Shown here piece by piece: positions 48,001 through 60,000 of a DNA stretch of 60,000 bases. The notes beneath the pieces are model-generated. The model did no database searches and was not told where the DNA came from. It saw nothing but the letters and a program-made list of their open reading frames with translations. Source of the stretch: Amphiscolops sp. MND2022 (Eukaryota). Made by a program: the position numbers and the translations under genes. Each line of letters starts with the position of its first letter. The first letter of the stretch is position 1. The DNA lies in NCBI GenBank assembly GCA_964187785.1, contig OZ076409.1:77378001-77438000 (forward strand). The letters are read 5' to 3'.

Positions 48001-49907
48001 AACATACGTTCTAGTTGGTCTTTCTAATAAATAAAGAAACTCATGTTCGTACAAGTGAAGGAGTCTATATATGCCAATCTATGGTGTCGTAGCGTGAAAG
48101 TTGATGGTAATGCCAGAAAGTATGTTAGGTGCTTCCAAGATCATTGCCACTGTAATTTCTCATAGCCATCATGGGAATGGCAAAACTCCCGCATAAGAAG
48201 TGAGTCATTTCTAAGGAATGCCGAAAAACGAATACCTCGTAACTTTTATGAAGTCATCCAAACCCGGATCCTGATTCATGAGACTTGCATGTAATTACCT
48301 GCATGCAACCGTATAATCGGTTGAATTCCATGTGATTCCAACCATGGAATCGTAACATTCTTGCTTTCCATATCTGGTCTTGCTTTCCATATCTGTTTTT
48401 CGCCTAATTAAAGGCTCTAGTGTTTGGTTTTCTGTTTGTTGGTAATTTTGTCGGTTTTCCGTTAACGTTGAAACGAAAAAACATTGACAGTTATTACGTT
48501 GTTGTTGTTTATGTTGCTATTACATTCGAATATTCCAGATTATAGTGGACCAACAGGGCACTTCCGTTATTTTCCGTTTCAATTTGTATTCTATCGTGTG
48601 TTTTTAGGTCCAGATCCATTCATTATTTTTCAAAAATTGTCTCTAGCTGTCCCTTTGGGCTGACGTTTTTGATATTTTTGGATGAGTATTGGATTGCCTC
48701 CAAAAAAGATTTCATATCCAATACCTTTCGTTGATTTCTTGCGTTTTTTCTTTGCAGTTAATTTATCCAGAAGCGGTCTGATACCTTAAAATTTTTTTGT
48801 TGCTGATCCCTTCGAAATATGTTTTGAAGAATTCGGACTTCTTTTCGCTCAGTCTATAAAGGGCTTTCTCTAGTATTGAAAACACATCCGCTAATTTCTT
48901 AAAATGATTTTCTTTTGGGCCCTTTATCACCACCATAATTTGTCAAGCCACGCTGGGTGTGTTTTCGGGTATTTGATCAACTTGTCCATGGAATGTTGCT
49001 GGGATGTCAGCATCGGATGTTTTTAAAAATAGACCAGCCTTTTCTTTTCCTTTCCTTTATCTACTGAAGTTTGTAAAATATTAGAAATTGGTCAACCTTT
49101 TTGTCGAATCAAAATCGCCCCTTCTTCCAATTCGATGTCCACTTCGATGCCCTCTATGGTATGGTGTTTATAAAACTATTTGTGAGAGTTATTCCCAAGT
49201 CTTTCATATAATCTAGGCCTTAGAATGAAATTGGTTCGTCGTAATTGAAATTTGTGGCCGGTTTTTCTTACGTCCATCTCAGCCTTAGAGTTACCTTCAA
49301 ACTGTATGTGGCTATGATTTACGTCTCGATATTCTATTTTCAGCAGTTTTATTAGTGTTAAGTTACAGAATTTTGATTTTGGAAATATAGTGACATGTGA
49401 GTCGTTGTTTACAAGAAATTTGTTTGCCGGGTAATGTTCGATGGAATGATAGGATAGACGGTCATCCTTTTTGTTCTACGTTCTAGTTGAATTCTCTGTT
49501 GAGTTGAAAAGATTACGCCTGCTGTCAAGTCGTAGTCCTTCGCACTCTCTGTTTATTCTTCTATAACTTTGTTTAGCTTACCGCCAATTTAGCAAAATTG
49601 TCGGGTTTGATTTATTCTGCACATTTTCTTCCTTTTGCCAGATAGTCATGTTGTTCTCTCCAGTTAGGTGCGCTATATCTGTTGCAGTTTACCTTTCTCA
49701 ATTAGGATTGACGCTGTCCTAGGTAGTCTTTGTTTTCTTCTATTTCCGTGTCTGATTCTTCCCTCTTCTTCTGTTTTCTGTCAGTCGTTAAATTTGTTCA
49801 TACATGTTTTCGTCTATTGCGTCAATTTTGGCTTCTACTGACATGCTGTTTTGCGACTTTCCTATTCAGGACTTTTTGCCTGTTGATTTTCTAATCAAAG
49901 AAAAGAT
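48001..49907 (-). mobile_element. Internally deleted, decayed Gypsy element with 3' LTR starting at 48357
   Basis: Minus strand: pol remnant HHTIEGIEVDIELEEGAILIRQKG (~49095-49170); purine-rich GGAAAGCAAGAA then TGTTACGA at 48357. The LTR is interrupted by the hAT at 48000 and may end near 47045. Confidence 0.55.
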
Positions 49908-50734
49908 TGTTACGACATGTTATCGAGTCGTTTTGAGTTGAACTTATTCTCACTGATTTTGTAGGGGTATAGAAGTTTCTAGTCTCCTCTTCTACTTCTT
50001 CCTCGGTATTTTCCCTAATGGTTCCCCTTGTTTCAGGTTTCAAGAGTTTCAACATTTCCTTCTGAGATTTGATAAGAAGATTCTTAATCTCTGATGTTAT
50101 TTCCTCTTTCAAGGAAGCTCTTAAACTTTCTAAGAGACTATTCTCAATCCGGGGGGATTTTGGTTTAGAAGGCCCCGCTACCTCGTCGTCCTGATTCAAA
50201 GAACAAGGATTTCCTACTACTATGGGTGAAATCAAGCCTTCACTTACGTTCTCACTGGTGCTTTGCTGATCGTTCCTTCTTTTTTGGCTTCTTGTTGTTG
50301 ACATTTTGTAGAAAAGTTTGAACTTGAAGAATTGAGTTTCTTTCAAAGATTTTTCTGACAAAGTAGAACAAGGCGAGAATGAAATTGAAAATTCAACTGA
50401 ATTGTACAATTGCAAAGGACTGAGTCCCTTAGTTAGCTAAAATCATCGTATATATACCCTCCTAGCATCATTTGATCACGAGTTAAGTCCTAATTTCCTT
50501 CGAATAATTAGTCATTTCCTGTATTTTCGGTGCAAAAATCATTTTGTTCCCAATTTTGCGTTGACATTCCGTCAAATTTTAAGACACGGCAAATCTAATC
50601 TAGCATTAGTCATCAACCGTAATCATATTATTTCAGCTCGGCGTCCTTTTGTTTCCTCCCAAGCAGGAAGTAGATATTACTTCAGTCTGTCAAACCGGAA
50701 ATATTTCCCTGTTTTGCTGCTTTGGTTCGTAAGA
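49908..50734 (-). mobile_element. LTR (probably solo) containing gag-like ORF MSTTRSQKRR...
   Basis: ORF from 50303 runs to GTCGTAACA at 49908 (LTR-type end), with no PBS after it. Other end uncertain (CGTAAGA ~50734). Confidence 0.55.
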
Positions 50735-53700
50735 AACTGACGCTGAGGTGACGCCGGCATGAACAACTAATGCCTGAATTTTGATATTTCGCTCGGAAAA
50801 ATGCTATGACTAATGTTTTCAGCTCTGTAATTTCCAATGATGCTAGGAAGGAAAATGAAATTAAGATTAAAGAATTAGCAACAACCTCAAATTAGTTTCA
50901 AATTAAATGATTAACGATTAACAAAATAAAACAACGACACATTGACGCTTGGTGGATTGATGGACTAAATTGTCTAATTCTGACTTTTGTCCCAATTTAT
51001 TAATACTTCACTTACAAATACCATCTTTAGCGTCCATTTGATGAATATACATAATACTCTGTCAACAGATTTTAACTTGTACATAAAATAGTAATCTCGA
51101 ACAAAAACGTCTGACGACGTGAGGACGGCACTTCATGGATTTTCTGAACAAACGAGAGTTCAAGACCTTCTACCACCAGATTCCAATCATTACAGAATGT
51201 ACAATAGCAACACAAACATTTACTCTGAATTTATGCACATTGGGGTTAAAACAATGAACATTCTGATTAGGGGGTGACGACGTACCGGCGTCCAATTAAA
51301 CACAACAAGGTAATAGCACACACTTTATGTAGTACAAAATACAAACGTATGAAAATATGTTTCCAATACGAAAATACCATCGATTTACTTTCGTCATGCC
51401 CATAAACTGTGACTTTCACCTACATTATACGGGGATTTCCATTTCAACTTAAGTTTTAGAGCAGAATTAATCCGGCAAAGGAAATATTCGACGAAAACGT
51501 GGCGTAGGTCTTCAAATTCCCTACTAATTGTCTTGTTAAATCACCAAACACTTTAAACGTATTCCTAGCACTAATTAGTTTGATTGATATTCATCATAAT
51601 TTTTGGATGGATTAAAACAACTTGTCTTGATGGAATTTGGACGTACCGTGGACGTACGTATTAGTATTAGGCCTGGTCCAGCATATTGGACGTAACGCGG
51701 ACGTAAATTTGAAGTAAGAATTAGTCCGCACCGAGAAGACAACACCGTGACGTCACTATGGCGGAAAATTGGAATGATTTTAAGTAGTGTCACTAATATA
51801 GGCGGTAAATTGGAATGGTTCTCTAGTGAGCGTGGACGGAACGGTGACGTCACGCTATATACTTTCAAGTCTGCTTCTTACCGTCATCTAATATACATGT
51901 ATTCTTTATTTTGTTTACTTAGCGCAGTGCCGACGTCCTAATCCGCACTAATTGCTGTTCAAAGTGCAATTAAGCTGCCTTTCTTAGAAAAGGAGTGAAT
52001 ATCTCAGTGTGTCATCTCAATGTAGTTTCTATTTTAGATTCAGATAATGTCCTTTTTTCCAATGGTGATTTTGGATATATTTCCATTTAAATCGGTTTAT
52101 GGTCTTTATTTCACGACGTGTTTTAATTTTAGTTTTCAGGTGGCGAATGTTTCTATTTTAGCGCACTAAGGACGTCCTACCGGATGTGCGTGAAATCATC
52201 CTATTTCAATTTTTATTTCAGTTCTCATTTTTGTTTAAATTTTTCGTAAGTTGGGCGTTCGTTTTCGTATTCTTAGTCACAGTTTATTCCAAAGATAAGG
52301 TTTTAAAGTTACCAGTTAAAATAAGATTTGGGGAATCTCAGATTGCCTCCGTGACCTCTCCCGATCTTCAGTCGTCTGCAACCACAAGCCAGACCGGGAG
52401 CGGGCTGTGACAAAGATTTCTGAGGCTAGCAATTCTGCAGTACTAATTGCTTCGAATGTGCAGTTTCTGTCGATTTCTGAGATACGTTTCCACGCATCTG
52501 AGGCTAACACGCTGTTCCTCTTCTCAGCGCGAAATCATATGCTATTCTGTCTTGTACGTTCGTTTTGGCTTCAAAATGTAATCAGGATACTGTGTATATT
52601 TTGAAAAACGGCACGCAAATTGGTTCTCTTTTTCTGATCGTTTTTGTTATGTTTGAGAAGGTGTCTTGGACAGTTGCCTAGTGGAAGATTATTTTCAGTG
52701 ATATTTCCAGCTGTTCGCGGTATTGTGGCAGTATTTCTCTTTTGTTCGTAATTGATGAAAGATCGATGTCTTCTGTCGTCTTCACGTACTGTCGAGCTGT
52801 ACGAACTTCTGCCACCACATGTTGGCATTAAAACTGTCATGCGTTTTTGAGCTGGGATCGATATGTTCCGCGTGCAAGTACAGTCACACGTACTTCTCAT
52901 CGTATCATTTGGTAGTTTTTGGCTGCTATTTCTGTTTAACGTCAGTTGTGGTGATTAGGCTAATATATGGAAGTTTCTGCTCTTTGCTAACAATATATTA
53001 GCCTGATTGCGGCATGTTGTAATCTGATCTCTCCGTAAAAGACATTTTTCTAAGTTTATCTTGTTTGTTGTTCAGAGTTTAATGTTCAACCAAATGTAAT
53101 GTAAAATGAAAGTCAAACGGTGACAGGTACTTCAGACATTGTGTATGAATAAATACAAACGTAGTTTAAGCCTGTACTCTAATGCCATTTCAAGTAGACA
53201 CTTTGAACACTATTAAATTCAAGCTCCAGTAGAAAAACCATTCTTTTCACAAATTTCAAGTCCCAAAACTAGTATCTGGGATCACGAAAATAATTATTCA
53301 GAAACAGGAGCACCTTGAATTATACCGTAACTCTCTCTCATGCATTTTTGTTTCAACAAGTCCATGAACAGAAGTCCAGAAACTACTTCCAACTGCACAT
53401 CTCATGGGATTTGAAGAAAATTGAGATTCGAAGAGAGTCTTAACCACCGGTTTTTTGAAAAAAAAAACGCCCAATGTACACCGAGAATGCTTTACTGTCC
53501 AGAATTAATTTGGGACAAAATAATTTTTTGGGCTCGAGGACAGCCAAAGAACTAGCAAAATTGCTCCGAAAAAGTAAAAAAATGTTTGGCGGGCCTTAAC
53601 AAACCAGCGGTCATTAACAAAAACGATTCCATTGAACTAAAATGTCCTTTTACTAATTAGTAAACTGTTTTAGATTGTTGCTTTCATTTAATATGTGAAC

Positions 53701-53984
53701 TGTTAGGTATGCTTATTGTCTTCATGTAATAATTTAATACGGACACTAGACACCAAACGCACAAGTAAAAAGAAAACGTGTTCAAATGCCTTTTCACTCT
53801 GGCGCGGCGGACTAAGTGTCCAAATTGCTGTCAGTCAATCACAGTGCAGTATTATTAAAATCAAAAATTTTGGTTTAAACTGCCAGCGTGGCTGCTTGAG
53901 TCTATGCGCCGTACCCGTCCTAATTATATGAAATAGATGTTTAATTAAGGACATGTCATCCTACCAGAAATTGAGTGCCTTTAC

Positions 53985-55103
53985 TGTAACTTTCTCTTAG
54001 TTCAGATGCTTAATTGTTCTCTGACTAGGTGTTCAGTATGAAAAAGAAGCACCTGTGTTTTGGAAGTTTTGTGAAAAATTATCAAATGTAGAGACACAGT
54101 GTGTTGATTTGTACATGTATGGCCCTTTTGGCCGTATTTCTTCATGAAACATACAAATACATGTGAACTTACGTTCAGGTTAGTTTTCATGTAGAACATC
54201 ATGCAAAGTGAGTGCAGTTACACTATGCGTCCTGAAAGACGTCGTTAGCAGTACATCCGGTCTTTGGTCTTAAGAGGGTGATGCGGTGTTACGTTAATTT
54301 GGAGTTATTTCATTAACATGACGTCGCTATGATTAGAAACATCTGGGGCTATTTATAGCAAAATCTTTATCTATTTACAACTCGATGATCATGGAATTAA
54401 TGAGTGTCACGTTGGCTTGGGTTTTTATACCCGAGACACGAAGGCCTCGGGACAATTGAAAAACAACTACCTGAAAAACAGTTTGAACATACCACGTTAC
54501 ACGAACAACTAATTTTTTTCCTCTTGTATAATCTCTCATGCTTTCCACTAGGAGACAAAAAGCGAAAGCTAGAAAATCAAGGGAAATGGCATTGTTGTCT
54601 GACCTTGAAAGCATGGATGTGATCCTAGCTGTCGGAAATTCAAACCCATTGGAACGAGAATTGGCAACTACTAATTGTGGGTCTGCTAGCAGAAATGACA
54701 CTGAGGCCTCCTTTAACAAAATGCGAAACTCGTCACAGGAAAGTGAAATCAGAGATTATAATACTGAGAATGTAATTCCCAGAATGGATTTATTTGCAGA
54801 TTCTATGGAAACTTTCTCAAAAGGAATAAATATGAGTCTTTCTCAGGAAATTGATTCCTTAATGACCGTGATGCATTCTCAAATCAACAGGGCCATTAGC
54901 TCTGCAGTCAGTGACAGAGTTATCCCGGAGATACAAAACATCATGGGAACGTTGTCTTCAGGACATCAGGACACTGAGTCCGGTTCGTCTAATAACAATC
55001 AGGTTGGCAATGAAGCAAAAAGTGGGTTTTAAAACAAGAAATACAAAGAAGGACTCTAGGTCTGCATTTGACTTGAGTGACATTGAGGATATTAGTCCTT
55101 ACA
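53985..55103 (+). mobile_element. Solo LTR (~1.1 kb) containing ORF MLSTRRQKAKARKSRE...
   Basis: TGTAA...TTACA termini; 5-bp flanks TTTAC/TTTAG (4/5 TSD); ORF 54538-55032 with a frameshifted continuation reaching the terminus. Confidence 0.65.
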
Positions 55104-55829
55104 TTTAGGTCGTTTCTCACATTTAGAGCACCTTTTTATTCAGAAAACTCGAGATGTCTGTTTTTTTTTTAAAGTAGTATAAGTCGCTCATTTCTTTTAT
55201 GTTGGTTTCCGGGATTGGGCATACCCACAAAAATCTTAATGAAACTTACATAAAACTATTGACCGTAAAAGATTTTGCTTTTTAGCGGGTCTGTTTAGGG
55301 AACAAAAAACTTCAGAGTTCTGTCTAAAAAACGTATGTTAAGTAGCCATTTGTTTTGTCGTTATTTAACTTTGTGGAAATTCCTTTAATAATGTTTTAGG
55401 TACTTACGAGACGTTCAAAAACTGTACAAAGGTATCACGAAATTGTCAAATTTTTGCAAGTTGGCTTTTTCGGCTATTGGAGCACAAATATTATTTTATC
55501 ACATTTTAAAACATCTTCCCATCTAAAGTTAGGATGACAGAATTTTTTGGAAATCTTTCATATTTTGGGTATGAACTTGAAACATGCTAAAATTAGTTTC
55601 TAAAAAAATTGCATGGAGATTTATGGATAGCTAATAAGAACTGTGATCGTGTAAAATACAATCATTCAAACGACGGCTGTAAACTTTTCTAATGTTGAAA
55701 ATGATATAATAAACGCAGTCTTTGTTGCAATAAACAAAATGAAATCAAAACAGCTAAACCATCTGAGGTGATGTATTCTGAAAATCAATTGGCCCAATTT
55801 CCGTGGCAAAAATAATGACAGAATTATGT

Positions 55830-56170
55830 CGCCGAGGTTTGTTCTTCACGGAAGCCCAAATGAAATTCAAATGAGTTGGGTTTCCCCTGAGTGCAACAAG
55901 AAAAAAAGGTAGACAGATTTTTGGTCATACGAGAGTTGTTACTGTAAAATGCATATATGTCTGAATAATAATTATCTATATTATCACCATATTTGGTAGG
56001 TTTTCCCATTTCATCCATAATTGACATGGAACAGGAGCCCAATTATCCAAAAAATGGATATTGCGCGGACAACAAAATAGCTCGGTGGACAACCCAAGGT
56101 AACTCATCGGTGGCCAACCTGTTTCCATTCACAACCACACTGGTGGCAACTACAGTGGTCTTGACACATT
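55830..56170 (-). pseudogene. Possible degenerate trypsin-like serine protease N-terminal fragment
   Basis: VVNG...DELPWVV...CSMSIMDE...CCTQGKPNSFEFHLG echoes IVNG/PW/CGGSII/HC...LG, but has an in-frame stop and no catalytic His. Confidence 0.3.
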
Positions 56171-56857
56171 TTGCAGTTGATGTAGGTCGATCGCAAGTGG
56201 TCTTAGAAGTTAAAGAAATAAAAGTACTGCTCAAAAGTCGAAATACCGTAACAAAAACCTACGCTTTATACGATTCATGTTGTAACTAATTGAAAGATTT
56301 TTTTTTCTCTAGAAGACTTTCTCAGATTTTTCGCCAAAGATCCGGAATATAACCAATACGACCACAAGATACACTCGAGTATTTCTTAGTTTTTCCGTAT
56401 TCTCGGAACTATATGCGACTGAAGGGTCCCGCTTTGGGTTTTTCGACACTGTGTAAAGGCACCGTCTGATGTATTGCGAAGCATGTTGATCGCGATGAAG
56501 AAACTCGGAAAACTGTCAAAATATCTATTTCAACTTTTGACGTCCCATGTTGAGCTTTCCTTGAGAATCTGTACAGCTCTGTGAGCCTTTTTTTCTTGAG
56601 GATCTGTAAAGATCGTGCCACTGCTACGTAAGGACAACTGCAGATCTGCAAGGATCTTTAAGGTTGTTCAAGGATTTTCTGTACAGATTTCTCAGGAATT
56701 TTTTTTTCTTCAAAGCCTTTAGCGGAACAATGTACTGATTTCTGCAACTACTTTACCAAGTATCTTAGCAATTTCAGAACAGTGTACTCAAAAACTTATA
56801 AATCGCTTGACATCATTGGCGGAGACCTAAACAAAATTTGACTATGGAACAATGAAT

Positions 56858-57790
56858 ATAACATATCAAAAGATTAAAAAACAAATTCATTGAAATTGAA
56901 GCACAGCAAAGGCAAAAACCTTGATTGAAACTGCATTTCATGACATCAGCGATATGCCACGTCTGGGGCCAACGTATTTAAAAAAAATACAACAGTTTTA
57001 TTTCAAAACACAAATTGAACTTTCGATCTTCGCAACAAATATTGAAATGATTTCTTTTCGCACTTATAATTCTGGCAATGAATCCTGATTGCAGGAGACT
57101 AATTGTCGCACAATCATTTAGGCTTCAAAATGCAGTGAATCCTGTTTGGAGGAGACCTTACTGCGTGAGTCCCAACAAAAAAGATAGCGGGTTTCGACTT
57201 TGGCAGTGAATCCCGTTTGCACACCTAACATCTATAGCTGAAAGAGGAGGCAAAACATTTGTACTAGGCAAATATGATTCAACAAGGAACAATGATTAAA
57301 CAATTTGAATATAAGAGCGATTCACTTATCACAACTGTCATTCTAAAAGTCTTTTGACATTATTGGTGGTTATTTCAGAAAGTTTCGAAAAACATTCTGC
57401 AAATTCATTTGCAACTAAGTCTTTAATTTTGGGTTCTACACAATGATGACAAAGATCACATCGGTGAGTGCCCTGCATGAGAAAAATACACAAAACTATC
57501 AGTTTCAAACTGTTTTGATGACTCTAATAGAAACCATTGAAGTTGTACTAGATGATGGGTGCGCAAAATTGCAAAGAAAAATATATCAGCTCAGAATGAA
57601 TGATCAGATTAGCCAAATTGGTTCTCCGTTTTCATTTTTGCTAAGATCTCCCAGCGGCAATTTAACTAACGAACAAGGAGTATAATACATCAAAAGATGA
57701 AGAAAACAAATTCATTGAAAATTAAGCACAGCAAAGATTTTATTTCGTCAAAACCCTTGACTGAAACTGCTTTTCATGGCATCAGCGATG
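56858..57790 (+). repeat. Dispersed ~100-bp direct repeat (56858-56953 and 57681-57790) flanking short GCAGTGAATCC repeats
   Basis: ATCAAAAGAT...AAATTCATTGAAA...AAGCACAGCAAAG...GAAACTGC.TTTCATG.CATCAGCGAT occurs twice. Confidence 0.65.
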
Positions 57791-58099
57791 GACGACATTT
57801 GGGTACACTCTGGCAACGATGATATTCACTGTTGTGTACGTGGTTGCGGTGTCCCCGCGCATGTTCCACACTTTTTCTCCCGACTAGGATGGGGCTTTCT
57901 TGGATGTTACTTCAATGGAAAAGCGGTAAAAGTATCTGTAATTTTTCTGTGCAGTCTGTGCGACTCGTTCTGTAATGATCTGTACATATTCGCACAAAAA
58001 CGGTTTTCCAGAACTCCAATTAGTAGGCCTTGTAGATTTAGTTTGTCTTGTAGAGCACTTTTCATCAACTTATTTCATTTTCAAAGCAGTGTTGACGTC

Positions 58100-58490
58100 C
58101 TCTTAATTTTTGGACGATTTCTGGAATTTCTGTTAGGATCTGTACAGATCTGTACAGATTCGCACAGAAACATTTTTCCAAAACTTCAATTAGGTGACGT
58201 GTTGAACTTTTTTCAGCAACTTTCAACAACTATTTTCAATTTCAAGACTCTAGTTACGACTAATTTATTTTCGATAAATCCTTAAAAATCTGTCAAGATC
58301 TGTGAAGATCTGTACAGATTCGCATAGAAACTTTTTCCAAAACTTCAATTAATTGACGTGTTTACCTTTTGTAGCACTTTTTAACAACTAATTTCGATTT
58401 CAAAACTGTTTTTACGACTATTTAATTTTTGATGAATCCTGGAATATCTGCTAGGATCTTTACAGATCTGTACAGATTCGCAGGGAGGGC
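58100..58490 (+). repeat. ~160-bp degenerate tandem repeat (~2.3 units) with GATCTGTACAGATC palindromic core; related motifs at 56560-56700
   Basis: GATCTGTACAGATTCGCA at ~58147, ~58307, ~58465 with conserved intervening sequence. Confidence 0.75.
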
Positions 58491-59259
58491 TCAACATGGG
58501 GTGGCATTGGACATGTGATTGCTCATCCATTTCGGATCTAGGACGAAGCCAGGACAGAAAAGCAGACAGGATTACATCCTTGTAAAAAAGTCTTTTTTCC
58601 TAATCAATAAATATGTGTCAGTGTCAGTGATCACAACAATTTGCATTTCAATAGAAAGTATAACCACCACTAGCTCTCGAGTGATAAGAATCTTTTCCTG
58701 AAGCAGATGAAAATAATCATGTTACAGATACTATTGCTTTTTGTTTAGTGTAAAACTACCTCAGTCTTTTTTCAACTATATAAATTGCAATCGAAACTTC
58801 ACACGAATCAAACTTTTTAAAACCTTAGAGGTACCCGAATTAAAACGTCCCAGCAGCATGTTGCTTTTCAGGTGGAAAAATCAAATATTTGTAATAGTAT
58901 CCTCACTAAGTTTCCAAGACAAGTTCAATCTATATTTCAAAAATTTCTTATGTACCTCTGGTTTTCCTAATTGTACTTTTTCACCAGAGTTTTTCCGATA
59001 AGTTTTCATGTCTTTCCATATGAAGTTTTTGGAACCCGTTACTGTTTGAAAAAGGGTGAAATTTACTAGAAACCACGTGACAGGACTCTCGACTAGAAGG
59101 TACCTTCCGTAGAGTTCCCAGTTGAAGTCTCGAAACAAAACAAAAACGTCTCAATTAAGGACTCTTGCTCATTGTTTACCAGCCAACTGAAAACTAGTCG
59201 TCAATGATGGAGTTAAAAACCGGAGCAATGAAAAGCTCACAATCATTTTCCCCATTAGA

Positions 59260-59600
59260 TCTCATTAGGATAACAAGGAAATTTGGAACGGTTTCGAGGT
59301 CCCATAAAAAACGTTTCAAGGTCTCGTTTAAACGCTTTTGCCCGGTGTCTACAAGCCTGTCTGGAAACCTGTCGACACTGACGGGGCTACTAGAACAGTA
59401 ACAAAAAGAATCACAATGAGCATGTTTAATAATAATAACAAGACAAACACAAGAATGGTTTCGAGGTCCAGTCGAAAAAACGACAAGATTTCATAAGTGA
59501 TATTTTGGTCAATGTATACCGGCCAAATGGAAAGCAATCTACACTGATGGAGCTACTAAAACAAATAATTGTTGGAATAGATTCGAGGTAAACATTGTTA
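59260..59600 (+). repeat. Degenerate ~170-bp tandem repeat
   Basis: GGTTTCGAGGTCC...AAAAAACG and ACACTGA.GG.GCTACTA.AACA each recur at ~165-170 bp spacing. Confidence 0.55.
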
Positions 59601-60000
59601 GCTTTGTGGAGTAAAATCCAAAATCACTGTAATCTTCTAGTGAAAAAATACTGTAGTTCAGTTGAATTAGTTGAAAAATCACTCTGACTTGGTGGAACAA
59701 ACTTAAAAATTTATCATGGTGGAGGATAAAAACTGAGAAATCATCATTTTTGTGGAATAAGATTCGCAATCAGACTACGATGATTGTAGATTTAATTCCA
59801 CCAACATGAAACAGTGATTGGTATCTTTTTCAGCTATTTACTCGCAACTTTCTTGACAAAATGTTCAATATCGATATAAGTTGAAAAAGAATCTAAATCA
59901 TTATTTTGGTGAGAAAAGATCTCAAAGCAGCCGATACATTTCCGGAATTTTTGAAAATTACAAAAGTTATACCGTTCTACAGAAAAAGAGAAAAGGATAA

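Noticed and set aside
57776..58285. 169-aa ORF
   Set aside because: Runs through non-coding repeat sequence; no recognisable domain.

Overview
AT-rich, intron-containing animal DNA, probably invertebrate (inference), dominated by transposable elements. Bases 1-19492 are the 3' ~19.5 kb of a very large, mildly decayed Ty3/Gypsy-type LTR element organised like a complex retrovirus; its 5' LTR lies upstream of the window. It carries an in-frame gag-pol (CCHC knuckle, RS-rich tail, PR, RT, RH, IN) and a ~490-codon Ser/Thr/Pro-rich ORF with PSAP and YPxL late-domain-like motifs. Next come an env resembling chuvirus/gB-type (class III) glycoproteins, whose 3' ~2 kb is tandemly triplicated, then up to four unexplained accessory ORFs, a PPT and a 269-bp 3' LTR. 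A host TRPA-like channel gene (last four exons, minus strand) lies at 20199-27231. The remainder holds decayed Gypsy elements, solo LTRs with a gag-like ORF inside them, a four-unit tandem array built from a FLYWCH/Mutator-like element nested in a hAT element, a second hAT derivative and several MITE-like repeats. All family calls rest on motif recognition by eye; no database searches were run.
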